DNA from: Macrostomum lignano
Lineage: Eukaryota
Assembly: GCA_002269645.1 (NCBI GenBank)
Contig: NIVC01000975.1
Location: 332,615-396,614 of the forward strand
Direction of reading: 5' to 3'
DNA: 64,000 nucleotides
In this document: piece by piece, positions 13,965-27,099 of the stretch
Position numbering within the stretch: the stretch's first letter is position 1
Layout: every line of letters starts with the position of its first letter
Notes under the pieces: generated by a model
The model's input: only the letters and a program-made list of their open reading frames with translations
What the model was told of the DNA's origin: nothing
Databases searched by the model: none
Translations under genes and position numbers: made by a program

Positions 13965-14300
13965 GTGGGTGGGAATTGGGATCTGGATGGGATATTTTGG
14001 GATTATAATTGAAGTGGGGATTAGAATCTGGATGGGATATTTTGGGATTATAATTGAAGTGGGGATTAGAATCTGGATGGGATATTTTGGGATTATAATT
14101 GAAGTGGGGATTAGAATCTGGATGGGATATTTTGGGATTATAATTGAAGTGGGGATTAGAATCTGGATGGGATATTTTGGGATTATAATTGAAGTGGGGA
14201 TTGGAATCTGGATGGGATATTTTGGGATTATAATTGAAGTGGGGATTAGAATCGGGATGGGGTATTTTAGGTTTATAATCCCAATCGTAATTACAATGGG
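13965..14300. repeat. 45-bp minisatellite in the AF10-like 3' region
   Basis: Unit ATCTGGATGGGATATTTTGGGATTATAATTGAAGTGGGGATTAGA, about 7 copies. Confidence 0.93.
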
Positions 14301-14408
14301 GATATTTAAAGACATCCATTTCTCTATGAAGCTAAAAGCCGCGAGTCGAAGGCAGAGAAGCAATTTAATGATTTATAGGAGTAATGTCATACCAAATAAC
14401 ACATCGAA

Positions 14409-15476
14409 TCAATATTTGGTCGCTGCTGCTGCAGGTGCTTTGGGTCCGGCCGCTTTCTTCCTAGCGCCGCCGCTGGAGCCGGCAGCAGGAGCAGCAGGCT
14501 GACGACCAGCCGTTGGCGACACGCCAGCCAGCCCGGTTGGCCCAGACGGAGGTGAAATGGCCACAGTCTGCTGCTGCTGCTGCTGCTGAGGCGGGGTCCT
14601 GCCAGTCAGCATGAGGTGGTGGGCAGACGGCATTGGTAGGTAGTTGCCAGCGGCACTTTGAGCAGAGTGGTGGCCAACCAGGTGATGTTGCTGCTGCTGC
14701 TGCTGCTGCTGCGGCTGCTGTTGCTGCGGCTGCTGCGCTGGCATCCGAGCGGCTGCGGCGGCTGCGGCAGCGGCGGCGGCTGCCATGGCCATCTGCTGGT
14801 GCTGCTGCGGGTGATAGGCGCCGATGCTGGAAGCGACTGATGGGCCCGGTGCCTGATTATGATGATGATGATGAGGCTGCTGTTGCTGCTGAATCGGGTG
14901 GTAGCCAGGATGAGGAGGCTGTCGGTGATGCTGGTTCATCAGCTGATGATTGACAAACTGCTGCTGCTGATGTTGTTGCTGCTGCTGCATGAGCAGTGGC
15001 GAGAACTGAGCCATTGGCATAGCGGGACTCAACTGCTGGGGCTGTTGCTGCTGCTGAGGCGTTGTAGGCATATGCTGCTGAGGATACTGATGCTGAGTCT
15101 GACTCTGCATCTGATGCAGCTGCTGCGGAGTTGCTGGCAAATTAGCACTCATTGTACCCGAAGAGGCTGCGGTAGACACGTTGAGCAGGTTAGTGACGGC
15201 AGCAGAGCAGCTGCTGACGCCAGTCTGTAGCAGGTTAACGCTTGCCTGCTGCTGCTGCGGAGCTGCAGATGAAGCTGAAGAAGCAGCGCCAGCGGAGGCT
15301 GAAATGACAACTGAGGCGGGCTGTACAGCTGGCAGAGGCTGCTGCAGCTTGCTGGTGAGCGACTGCAATCGGTCTTTTCGACGCTGCAGATTGCCGATCT
15401 GCTGTTCGAGGGCGCGGTTCTCCTTCTGCAGCTGGTGCAGGCAGGTGAGCAGGCTGGCGATGTCCGTGCTCTCCAC
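14409..15476 (-). CDS. MLLT10: AF10/AF17-like exon 3 (OM-LZ leucine zipper plus Q/A-rich tail)
   Basis: DIASLLTCLHQLQKENRALEQQIGNLQRRKDRL resembles the AF10/Alhambra OM-LZ. Acceptor CCGCCAG| at 15477; stop at 14409-14411. Confidence 0.9.
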   Translation of the reverse strand: MESTDIASLLTCLHQLQKENRALEQQIGNLQRRKDRLQSLTSKLQQPLPAVQPASVVISASAGAASSASSAAPQQQQASVNLLQTGVSSCSAAVTNLLNVSTAASSGTMSANLPATPQQLHQMQSQTQHQYPQQHMPTTPQQQQQPQQLSPAMPMAQFSPLLMQQQQQHQQQQFVNHQLMNQHHRQPPHPGYHPIQQQQQPHHHHHNQAPGPSVASSIGAYHPQQHQQMAMAAAAAAAAAAAARMPAQQPQQQQPQQQQQQQQHHLVGHHSAQSAAGNYLPMPSAHHLMLTGRTPPQQQQQQQTVAISPPSGPTGLAGVSPTAGRQPAAPAAGSSGGARKKAAGPKAPAAAATKY

Positions 15477-15510
15477 CTGGCGGGGCAGCAAAGCATGAAG
15501 ATTGAGCGAG

Positions 15511-16409
15511 CTGTGGACTGCTGATCAGGGACATCTATAGATGCTGTGGACTATTGATCAGGGACATCTATAGATGCTGTGGACTGCTGATCAGGGACAT
15601 CTATAGATGCTGTGGACTATTGATCAGGGACATCTATAGATGCTGTGGACTATTGATCAGGGACATCTATAGATGCTGTGGACTGCTGATTAGGGACATC
15701 TATAGATGCTGTGGACTATTGATCAGGGACATCTATAGATGCTGTGGACTGCTGATCAGGGACATCTATAGATGCTGTGGACTATTGATCAGGGACATCT
15801 ATAGATGCTGTGGACTATTGATCAGGGACATCTATAGATGCTGTGGACTGCTGATCAGGGACATCTATAGATGCCGTGCACTGCTGATCAGGGACATCTA
15901 TAGATGCTGTTGACTATTGATCAGGGACATCTATAGATGCTGTGGACTGCTGATCAGGGACATCTATAGATGCTGTGGACTATTGATCAGGGACATCTAT
16001 AGATGCTGTGGACTGCTGATTAGGGACATCTATAGATGCTGTGGACTATTGATCAGGGACATCTATAGATGCTGTGGACTGCTGATCAGGGACATCTATA
16101 GATGCTGTGGACTGCTGATTAGGGACATCTATAGATGCTGTGGACTATTGATCAGGGACATCTATAGATGCTGTGGACTGCTGATCAGGGACATCTATAG
16201 ATGCTGTGGACTATTGATCAGGGACATCTATAGATGCTGTGGACTGCTGATCAGGGACATCTATAGATGCTGTGGACTATTGATCAGGGACATCTATAGA
16301 TGCTGTGGACTGCTGATTAGGGACATCTATAGATGCTGTGGACTATTGATCAGGGACATCTATAGATGCTGTGGACTGCTGATCAGGGAATCTATATATG
16401 CTGTGGACT
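15511..16409. repeat. 33-bp minisatellite filling AF10-like intron 2
   Basis: Unit CTGTGGACT(A/G)(T/C)TGATCAGGGACATCTATAGATG, about 27 copies. Confidence 0.97.
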
Positions 16410-16448
16410 ACTGTTTTACAAAGTCGATTGTCCCTGTCTTTAACCAAC

Positions 16449-17411
16449 CTGCTGCATTAGAAAGTCCCCAGTCTGTTCCCATTGCCACTCGAGCAGGTCA
16501 GCCATGCTCATGCAGGTGCCGCCGCTGGCGTGTCCGGGATCGTTCAGCTCGGCCAGGGTCAGGCCGCGGGGCAGCGGCGGCCCAACGTACGGCAGCGGAG
16601 GCGGCGGAGGCGGCTGCTGCTGCTGTCGGGGACTTTGGATGGAACGGTGAGGCAAAGGTGAAGGGTGCAGCGGCGGGCTAAGACTGAGCTGACTCAGTCC
16701 GGCCGATGATGAAGAAGCGGCGGCGGCGGTACCAACGGAAGAAGCGCCTCCGAGGTCCAGCTTCCGGCGCTTTTTCTCCATCTTCTCCCGCTTAGGCTGC
16801 TGCTGCAGTTGCTTCGGCTTTGCCTGACGCTGCTGTCGGCCGGCTTCGCTGGCGGCGGTGGATGCGGCGGCTGCTGGGGCAGCGGCGGCAACGGCCAGCT
16901 GGCGTTTCTTCGGCAGCGGCACCGGGGAAACGGAGGCCGCCGCCACGGTCTCTCCGCTGCTGGACTTGGAGGCGCTGGTGGCGGCGGCGGGGTCAGCGGG
17001 GGCGGTGACGAAGGACAAAGGCGACGGCTCCGCTGGAGTTGCCGGCTGCAGCAGCGGGGCTCCCAGGCGCAGCAGCGGAGGCGGGCTGCCGCCGCCGGCG
17101 CGGTGTCCGTTTCTGCCTGGCGCCGTTTCCGCCGGATGTGCAGCGAAGCCGGATTTGCGATTCTCTTCATCAAGGTCGTCCTCATCGGCGCCGAATTGCT
17201 TCAATGCAGGCGGCGCCGCGTCCGGGCTGACCGGCTCCGTTGCTAATGACGATGATAATGAGTGGCCGCGGGCGGCGTCGTTGCTAAGGCCGGTTGCCAC
17301 GGCGGAGGCGGAAGCGGAAGTGCCCGGTTTAACGGCCGGCGGCTCAGGCGATATGTAGGCCGGTATGGGCTTGATGCCCGAGCCGCGCTTGTCCAGCTTC
17401 TTGAAGTGGCC
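16449..17411 (-). CDS. MLLT10: AF10/AF17-like exon 2
   Basis: Starts GHFKKLDKRGSGIKPIPAY after acceptor TTTGCAG|. Ends LEWQWEQTGDFLMQQ| at a GT donor (octapeptide-motif region). 963 nt, phase 0-0. Confidence 0.88.
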
Positions 17412-17668
17412 CTGCAAATCAAATTTTAGAAGAAAAACGTCCCAGGTTCGATTCTGCACTTGACTGCATTGATTGATGCATTGCCTGTGGGGATTGCCAT
17501 GCGTTGTCGTGTCGGCCAACCCTTAAAGCGCTGAGTGTGCGCTTTCCGACAATGAGAAAGTCTCTCTGAATTAAGTCTCTCTTTACAGCATGTGAGTGCG
17601 TGCCTACTCAGGGTCAGCGGAATGAGGATGACTGCCAGACTCCTTACTTGCTGCGACACCTGCAGGTC

Positions 17669-19390
<1,722 letters not shown>

Positions 19391-19398
19391 CAGCTCAC

Positions 19399-19928
19399 CT
19401 GACAGTAGCCGCAGAATCGCACAGAGCCATTGGCTTCGCTCTCTTCGCACAGCAGGCCGAGTGTCTGGGCGCAGGTGACATGAAAGCATAGCCTGCAGCC
19501 GGACTTGTTGCACTGCATGCAGGCGCCGGCCACCGCCCTCTCAGACTGGCCGCGGGACTCGCAGATGTAGCACAGCCTGTTGAACTTCTCGGCTGGCACT
19601 CGTTCCAGCAGCACCGGCTCCATCAGCGCCTTGTCGCCAAAGTCCACCTCGGGGATGAACAGGGCGCAGATCACGTGACACCAGGTGCCTCGATCGGTGC
19701 GTTTCAAAGCGCCGGACCTGCTCGGGCAGAGCTCGCAGCGGACCCTGGCGACTCGCTCGTTGCTCTCGCACTTGCGGCAGTACCAGGAGCCATCGGGATA
19801 ATGGGGATGCCGTAGCAGGCCTGGTGCACTGCCACGCTGCACTGAGCCCCGTCGCAGTACACCAGCGGATTGTCCGACCAGCCGCGTTCCTCTGAGCAGA
19901 CGCAGCAGCCGCCGATCATCTCTTTCAT
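19399..19928 (-). CDS. MLLT10: AF10/AF17-like exon 1 (PZP: PHD-Zn knuckle-PHD), with an apparent 1-nt deletion at about 19795-19797
   Basis: MKEMIGGCCVCSEERGWSDNPLVYCDG...HQACYGI and WYCRKCES...CELCP...HVICAL...FHVTCAQ...FCGYCQ match the AF10 PZP. The two halves are in different frames. Donor CAG|GTGAG follows 19399. Confidence 0.93.
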
Positions 19929-20069
19929 ATTTTAACCCCCTATATTATGGCTTTGATTGATTGACAGCTCCGCCTGCCGCCGATTGATTGATTGCTGCTA
20001 TGGAAAGGCTGCTGTGGCGGCTCTCAGCAAAGCAGCAGGTTGCGGCGGCGTGGCGACAGCCTGCAACAT

Positions 20070-21062
20070 GAATTCAGTTATGGTTTTACGGGGAATTCAG
20101 TCATGGTTTCACGGGGAATTCAGTCATGGTTTTACGGGGAATTCAGTCATGGTCTCACGGGGAATTCAGTCATGGTTTTACGGGGCATTCAGTCATGGTC
20201 TCACGGAGAATTCAGTCATGGTTTTACGGGGAATTCAGTCATGGTTTTACGGGGAATTCAGTCATGGTCTCACGGGGAATTCAGTCATCGTTTCACGGGG
20301 AATTCAGTTATGGTTTTATGGGGAATTCAAGCTGGTTTCATGGGGAATTAAAGTTGATTTCACAAGAAATTCATTCAGGCCGGCTTCAGGGAGAATTCAG
20401 TCATGGTTTCACGGGGAATTCAAGCTGGTTTCATGGGGAATTCAAGTTGATTTCACAAGAAATTCGAGCCGGCTTCACGGGGAATTCAGTCATGGTTTTA
20501 TGGGTAATTAAGTTATAGTTTTATGGGGAATTCAGTCAGTTTTATGGGGAATTCAGTCATGGTTTCACGGGGAATTCAAGCTGGTTTCATGGGAAATTCA
20601 AGTTGATTTCACAAGAAATTCAGGCCGGCTACACGGGGAATTCAAGCATGGTTTCACGGGGAATTTAAGCATGGTTTCACGGGGAATTCAAGCATGGTTT
20701 CACGGGGAATTTAAGCATGGTTTCACGGGGAATTCAAGCATGGTTTTACGGGGAATTCAAGCATGGTTTCACGGGGAATTCAAGCATGGTTTTACGGGGA
20801 ATTCAAGCATGGTTTCACGGGGAATTCAAGCATGATTTCACGGGGAATTCAAGCATGGTTTCACGGGGAATTCAAGCATGGTTTCACGGGGAATTCAAGC
20901 ATGGTTTCACGGGGAATTCAAGCATGGTTTTACGGGGAATTCAAGCATGGTTTCACGGGGAATTTTAGCATGGTTTCACGGGGAATTCAAGCATGGTTTC
21001 ACGGGGAATTCAAGCATGGTTTTACGGGGAATCCAAGCATGGTTTCACGGGGAGTCCAAGCT
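20070..21062. repeat. 23-bp minisatellite with two variants (GGGGAATTCAGTCATGGTTTTAC then GGGGAATTCAAGCATGGTTTCAC) between divergent genes
   Basis: Tandem units visible directly. Confidence 0.95.
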
Positions 21063-21577
21063 GGTTGTATTATATATGCAATTGATATTGGAAGTCAAGT
21101 GTAAGCCAATGACAACTAAGAAAAGTCAAGCACTAAGCCATATGTACGAGCTATACGACGTATAAAAAGCTTAAGAGTAAACTGGCCTGTGCCAGAGAGG
21201 GGCACTGGAAAGGAGGGGTAAGAGCGGAAGACCGCATCGCACAACGGCCACTTTATTGAGGGTGAAACCATGGCCACGGGGAATCGCAATGGAGTAAAGA
21301 GCACTGCAGTAGAATGTGCTATAAGCAGAGAGACAGGTGGAAGGGTGAGGAGCAAGAGAGAGAGAGAGAGATGGCGAAGGGTTCTAGCTGTGCAGCGCAG
21401 CACACAATACGCGCAGCAACCTTAAACTCCTTGCCCTCTTTAATTTGAGAAAAATGGCACGGCCAAGAGGCCAAAGGAGCGGATTTTAAGACGCTTTTCT
21501 CTATTCAAACCATCTGTCCCTCGGCCAGTACCAGAGCCAGGCATACCGACCAGAGCTACCGCTCCTACATAGCAGCA

Positions 21578-22183
21578 ATGGCAGAAATACTGGAGGAGGC
21601 CATGCTCAAGGACCTGAAAGAAGCATTCGAAGAGAACGACCGCACCTCGGAGGGCAGCGTCACCATGGCCGGGGTGTCAACAATCATGCGCAAAGTCGGG
21701 CACCAGCTGAGCGACTCGGATCTGCGCAAATTCCTCATCAAACTGGGCGCCGACCCGGACGCGAAGCCGCGCATCGATTTTAACTCCCTCTGCGCCATCC
21801 TGGTGCTCAAAATGCGCGGCGCCGACGTGGACGACGAGGCGGAGATTCGCGAAGCCTTCTTCGTGCTGAGCCGCGGCTCCAATGGAATTCACGTGACGCA
21901 CGAGGAGCTCAAACGGACAATGCTGCTGCTACTAGACGAGCCTCTAACCGACGAAGACATCGACGAGATGCTGCGGCACGCCGATCACGACAGGGACGGC
22001 GTAGTCAACTGGGACGACTTCCGACGGATGATGACCTTCGAGGAGAACAGCGACCGGGATATGAGCTTCGTAAGGCTGCTGTCGGCGTCAAGCGCGAAGA
22101 GTCGGGCAGCTTCAAGATCCACAACTGCAGCAACCTCGGCGGCTGGGCGACAAAGGACCGGATATTCAAAGACGTCTTCTTGA
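21578..22183 (+). CDS. Calmodulin-like EF-hand protein with degenerate EF1-3 and a C-terminal extension; may instead splice 22069 to 22337-22396
   Basis: LKEAFEEND...EAEIREAFFVL...LTDEDIDEMLRHADHDRDGVVNWDDFRRMM follows the calmodulin layout. Confidence 0.85.
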   Translation: MAEILEEAMLKDLKEAFEENDRTSEGSVTMAGVSTIMRKVGHQLSDSDLRKFLIKLGADPDAKPRIDFNSLCAILVLKMRGADVDDEAEIREAFFVLSRGSNGIHVTHEELKRTMLLLLDEPLTDEDIDEMLRHADHDRDGVVNWDDFRRMMTFEENSDRDMSFVRLLSASSAKSRAASRSTTAATSAAGRQRTGYSKTSS

Positions 22184-22698
22184 CTCATCTGTTTGCCAAA
22201 TCACGTTGCTGGCGTCTTTCAAAATCCTTCAAATACAGCTGGAGCCACAGTAGGCAAGGAAACTGACCCGATTCCGTAGCTTTTCAGACGTTTTCTTAGG
22301 AAAATTGTTAAAAATTGATTGTTAAAAACTCTACAGGTGAAACCGTCGTCATTTGCGAAGTTCATGACTAATTTGGGTAATTTTACGTCTAGCTAGTGGG
22401 AACTGACTTCCTAAATTCATATTTGATAAAAATAACTTCAAGACTAACATTGATTATAAAAAGGACAGAAAGAAAAACAGCCGTCGTCGGTGTGTATTTT
22501 GAATTAATCTAACTTGATTAAATATTATCAATAGTGAAAAATTGAAAAGAACAGTCAAGCTAAATAACAAAGAATCCAGCCACGCACAGACAGGGATAGA
22601 TGGCTACTATAAAGCCGCTACCTAGAAAGAAAATTCGAGTACAAACGTTGCTTAACCATTTCAATCAGAAACCAAAAGTCCTACGATCGAACAGAGCT

Positions 22699-23046
22699 TC
22701 AAGCGATGGTGAATCCGGGCTTCACAGCCCACGGCACGACCTTGCGCTCGTACAGGTGCTCTCCTATTGGCTCCTTGATGCCGGGAGGCAGGGTCGCCAG
22801 GTACACAGGAGTGTCAGCGCCTTCATAGATAGTCTTTGGTCCTTTGTGGCTGGTCATATCCGTGTCCACATAGCCGGGACAGCAGCAGTTGATCACAATG
22901 TCGTCTCCCTTGATATCCCTGGCCTGGGCGTAGGTCATGAGACGGACGCCCACCTTGGAGACGCCGTAGGCGGTCTGCGGCCAGCCGGCCTCCTGCACTG
23001 TGCCGGCCTTGGCTCTGGCCACGAAATCCGACATGAGCTGCTTCAC
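22699..23046 (-). CDS. CBR1: Carbonyl reductase (SDR) copy A, exon 2
   Basis: Catalytic YGVSK, CCPGYVDTDM, GADTPVYLA; acceptor AACCGCAG|. Confidence 0.93.
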   Translation of the reverse strand: MKQLMSDFVARAKAGTVQEAGWPQTAYGVSKVGVRLMTYAQARDIKGDDIVINCCCPGYVDTDMTSHKGPKTIYEGADTPVYLATLPPGIKEPIGEHLYERKVVPWAVKPGFTIA

Positions 23047-23074
23047 CTGCGGTTGAGGACAGAAGGGGTGGTTT

Positions 23075-23425
23075 GGTTATGTCTATGGTAAACACTGTCC
23101 GCAGCCTACAGGATTGGTTATGTCAATGGTAAGCACTGTCCGCAGCCTATAAGATTAGTTATGTCTATGGTAAACACTGTCCGCAGCCTACAGCTTTGGT
23201 TATGTCTATGGCAAACACTGTCCGCAGCCTATAAGAATGGTTATGTTTATAGTTAACACTGTCCGCGGCCTATAAGATTGGTTATGTCTATGGTAAACAC
23301 TGTCCGCAGCCTATAAGATTGGTTATGTCTATGGCAAACACTGTCCGCAGCCTATAAGATTGGTTATGTTTATAGTAAACACTGTCCGCGGCCTATCAGA
23401 TTGGTTATGTCTATGGTAAACACTG
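23075..23425. repeat. 41-bp minisatellite in the CBR copy A intron
   Basis: Unit TTGGTTATGTCTATGGTAAACACTGTCCGCAGCCTATAAGA. Confidence 0.93.
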
Positions 23426-23507
23426 TCGGGAGCATACATGACTAGTTATGCCTACAAGTTTAAAGTTACAGTAAAGTGTTGCACATCACTTCAAAGACAG
23501 CACTTAC

Positions 23508-24011
23508 CTCATCCAGACTCATGGGCTGCGTGAGCTTCTTCTGCAACTCCGGAGAAGCCTTGTTGAGTGCCATGTCGCTAACGCTGCTGCACAGGTGCAC
23601 AACCCGAGCGTGCGGCTTCAGCAGGGGGAACAGCGCGTCGCAGACACGCAGAGTGTTCCAAAAGTTGGTTGCTATGGTGACCTCTGCTTGCTCGGCGAAC
23701 GGCGCGGTCGAGTCGCCCTTGTAGGCAATGGCAGCATTGTTAACGAGAATGTCGAGGCCTCCGTAGGTGCCTTTAAGGTAGGCGGCGAGGCGGTCCACGC
23801 TCTCCTGACTGTCGATGTCCAGCTGGTGAAATCGCGGCTCGACTCCGCGCTTCTTCAACTGGCTCAGAGCATCGGCGCCGCGAGCTTTGTCGCGCGAGGT
23901 CAAATAGACGGCCCAGCTGGAGCCCAGCTGCTTGCAGAGCTGCTCCACAATGGCGAACCCGATGCCCTTGTTGGAGCCGGTCACTACGGCCACCTTCAGT
24001 GCTGAGGCCAT
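23508..24011 (-). CDS. CBR1: Carbonyl reductase (SDR) copy A, exon 1
   Basis: VAVVTGSNKGIG, FHQLDI, DILVNNAAIAY; donor GAG|GTAAGT; 504 nt. Confidence 0.93.
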
Positions 24012-24220
24012 GGCGCTGCAATAGGGGACAGGAACTGCTGGGACTCACTTGGGGTTAGGGTATTGGCTCTGAAGGAGTGCCACGAAGTCTTCCCAAAAAT
24101 TCCCCTGCGATTCGGAAGGATTACCTTCAGATTCCCCTTGGGGTTCCCAGGAATTTCTTCCTTTGTTTCTAAAACACTCTAATGCTGTTTAAGATTTCCC
24201 AAAATTCTTATCGGAGGTAA

Positions 24221-25110
24221 TCTAGGATTCCCTATCTGGGGTAGTCTAGGATTCCTTATCTGGGGTAGTCTAGGATTCCCTATCTGGGGTAGTCTAGGAT
24301 TCCCTATCTGGGGTAGTCTAGGATTCCCTATCTGGGGTACTCTAGGATTCCCTATCTGGGGTACTCTAGGATTCCCTACCTAAGGCACTCTAGGATTCCC
24401 TACCTAAGGCACTCTAGGATTCCCTACCTAAGGCACTCTAGGATTCCCTATCTGGGGTAGTCTAGGATTCCCTACTTAAGGCACTCTAGGATTCCCTACC
24501 TAAGGCACTCTAGGATTCCCTACCTAAGGCACTCTAGGATTCCCTACCTAAGGCACTCTAGGGTTCCCTATCTGGGGTACTCTAGGATTCCCTACCTAAG
24601 GCACTCTAGGATTCCCTACCTAAGGCACTCTAGGGTTCCCTATCTGGGGTAGTCTAGGATTTCCTATCTGGGGTAGTCTAGGATTCCCTATCTGGGGTAC
24701 TCTAGGATTCCCTACCTAAGGCACTCTAGGATTCCCTATCTGGGGCACTCTATGATTCCCTATCTGGGGCACTCTAGGATTTCCTATCTGGGGTACTCTA
24801 GGATTCCCTACCTAAGGCACTCTAGGATTCCCTATCTGGGGTAGTCTAGGATTCCCTATCTGGGGCACTCTATGATTCCCTATCTGGGGTACTCTAGGAT
24901 TCCCTACCTAAGGCACTCTAGGATTCCCTATCTGGGGTAGTCTAGGATTCCCTACTTAAGGCACTCTAGGATTCCCTATCTGGGGTACTCTAGGATTCCC
25001 TATCTGGGGTACTCTAGGATTCCCTACCTAAGGCACTCTAGGATTCCCTATCTGGGGTAGTCTAGGATTCCCTACTTAAGGCACTCTAGGCTTACCCATC
25101 TGGGGCATAT
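24221..25110. repeat. 24-bp minisatellite with two interspersed variants (CTAGGATTCCCTATCTGGGGTAGT / CTAGGATTCCCTACCTAAGGCACT)
   Basis: Tandem units visible directly. Confidence 0.95.
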
Positions 25111-25551
25111 ACAAAGTTGAATTAACAGCTAAACAGTATTCATTATGAAACTAACTAAAAGACGTTACAAATATTTTGGCATCAATGTTAAAACACTACA
25201 GAAGATCAGGGATATTTTATCATGAAAAATTGCTATAAAAGAGTCAGAAATAGCTTAGTATATATAAATTTCAATTACTACACTACAGTCTACGAACATG
25301 TGAAAGCAGCATGATATAGAAATAAAATTGCCAATCATGAAGACAAAAAATGTAAAAGATATCATTTAGAATGGTTCAGCAACCTCGCACCTACGCTCGT
25401 AGATAAATAGAAAATTAGAATAAAGAAAAATAGATAAAATAAAGATTATAAAAAGTTAATGCCTACTTACTGAATTTATCAAAAAGCTAATTATTTAATA
25501 AAATGTATAACTACTGTTTAATAAAGTCTCGGATTGAAAATCTACCAGATG

Positions 25552-25899
25552 TCACACAAATTTAAAGTCGGGTTTCACAGCCCACGGCACGACCTTGCGC
25601 TCGTACAGGTGCTCTCCTATTGGCTCCTTGATGCCGGGAGGCAGGGTCGCCAAGTACACAGGTGTGTCAGCACCTTCATAGATAGTCTTGGGTCCCCTGT
25701 GGCTAGACATATCCGTGTCCACATAGCCGGGACAGCAGCAGTTGATCACAATGTCGTCTCCCTTGATATCCCTGGCCTGGGCATAGGTCATGAGACGGAC
25801 GCCCACCTTGGAGACGCCGTAGGCGGTCTGCGGCCAGCCGGCCTCCTGCACTGGGCCGGCCTTGGCTCGGGCCACGAAATCCGACATGAGCTGCTTAAC
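25552..25899 (-). CDS. CBR1: Carbonyl reductase (SDR) copy B, exon 2
   Basis: YGVSK, CCPGYVDTDM; ends AVKPDFKFV*. Confidence 0.93.
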   Translation of the reverse strand, partial: VKQLMSDFVARAKAGPVQEAGWPQTAYGVSKVGVRLMTYAQARDIKGDDIVINCCCPGYVDTDMSSHRGPKTIYEGADTPVYLATLPPGIKEPIGEHLYERKVVPWAVKPDFKFV

Positions 25900-25924
25900 C
25901 TGCGGTTGAGGAGGGGGGGGTTGA

Positions 25925-26490
25925 TTTGGTTATGTCTATGGTAAACACTGCCTGGAGCCTACAGCTTTGGTTATGTCTATGGTAAACACTGTCCGCAGCC
26001 TATAAGATTGGTTATGTCTATGGTAAACACTGTCCGCAGCCTATGAGATTGGTTATGTCTATGGTAAACACTGTCCGCAGCCTACAGCTTTGGTTTGTGT
26101 CTATGGTAAACACTGTCCGCAGCCTACAGCTTTGATTATGTCTATGGTAAACACTGTCCGCAGCCTACAGCTTTGATTATGTCTATGGTAAACACTGTCC
26201 GCAGCCTACAGCTTTGGTTATGTCTATGGTAAACACTGTCCGCAGCCTACAGCTTTGGTTATGTCTATGGTAAACACTGTCCGCAGCCTACAGCTTTGGT
26301 TTGTGTCTATGGTAAACACTGTCCGCAGCCTACAGCTTTGGTTATGTCTATGGTAAACACTGTCCGCAGCCTACAGCTTTGGTTTGTGTCCATGGTAAAC
26401 ACTGTCGGCGGTCTATAAGATTGGTTATGTCTATGGTAGACACTGTCCAGAGCCTATAAAATTGGTTATGTCTATGGTAAACACTGTCGG
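25925..26490. repeat. 41-bp minisatellite in the CBR copy B intron (same family as copy A)
   Basis: Same unit; the dominant variant has GCCTACAGCT. Confidence 0.93.
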
Positions 26491-26570
26491 GAGCATACAT
26501 GACTAGTTATGCCTGTAAGTCTTAAAGTTACAGTAAAGTGTTGCACATCACTTCAAAGACAGCACTTAAC

Positions 26571-27074
26571 CTCATCCAGACTCATGGGCTGCGTGAGCTT
26601 CTTCTGCAACTCCGGAGAAGCCTTGTTGAGTGCCATATCGCTAACGCTGCTGCACAGGTGCACAACCCGAGCGTGCGGCTTCAGCAGAGGGAACAGCGCA
26701 TCACAGACACGCAGAGTGCTCCAAAAGTTGGTTGCTATGGTGACCTCTGCTTGCTCGGCGAACGGCGCGGTCGAGTCGCCTTTATAGGCAATGCCAGCAT
26801 TGTTAACGAGGATGTCGAGGCCTCCGTAGGTGCCTTTAAGGTAGGCGGCGAGGCGGTCCACGCTCTCCTGACTGTCGATGTCCAGCTGGTGAAATCGCGG
26901 CTCGACTCCGCGCTGCTTCAACTGGCTCAGAGCATCGGCGCCGCGAGCTTCATCGCGCGAGGTCACATAGACGGCCCAGCTGGAGCCCAGCTGCTTGCAG
27001 AGCTGCTCCACAATGGCGAACCCGATGCCCTTGTTGGAGCCGGTCACTACGGCCACCTTCAGTGCTGAGGCCAT
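26571..27074 (-). CDS. CBR1: Carbonyl reductase (SDR) copy B, exon 1
   Basis: TGSNKGIG, NNAGIAY; donor GAG|GTTAAG; 504 nt. Confidence 0.93.
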
Positions 27075-27099
27075 GGCGCTGCAATAGGGGACAGGAACT

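Noticed and set aside
15511-16409. CRISPR-like appearance of 20-45 bp repeat arrays
   Set aside because: Units are head-to-tail with no unique spacers, there are no cas genes, and the context is eukaryotic introns.
19704-19842. Programmed frameshift in the AF10-like PHD
   Set aside because: No slippery heptamer is present, and a single missing base in a short run restores family-length spacing; an error is more parsimonious.
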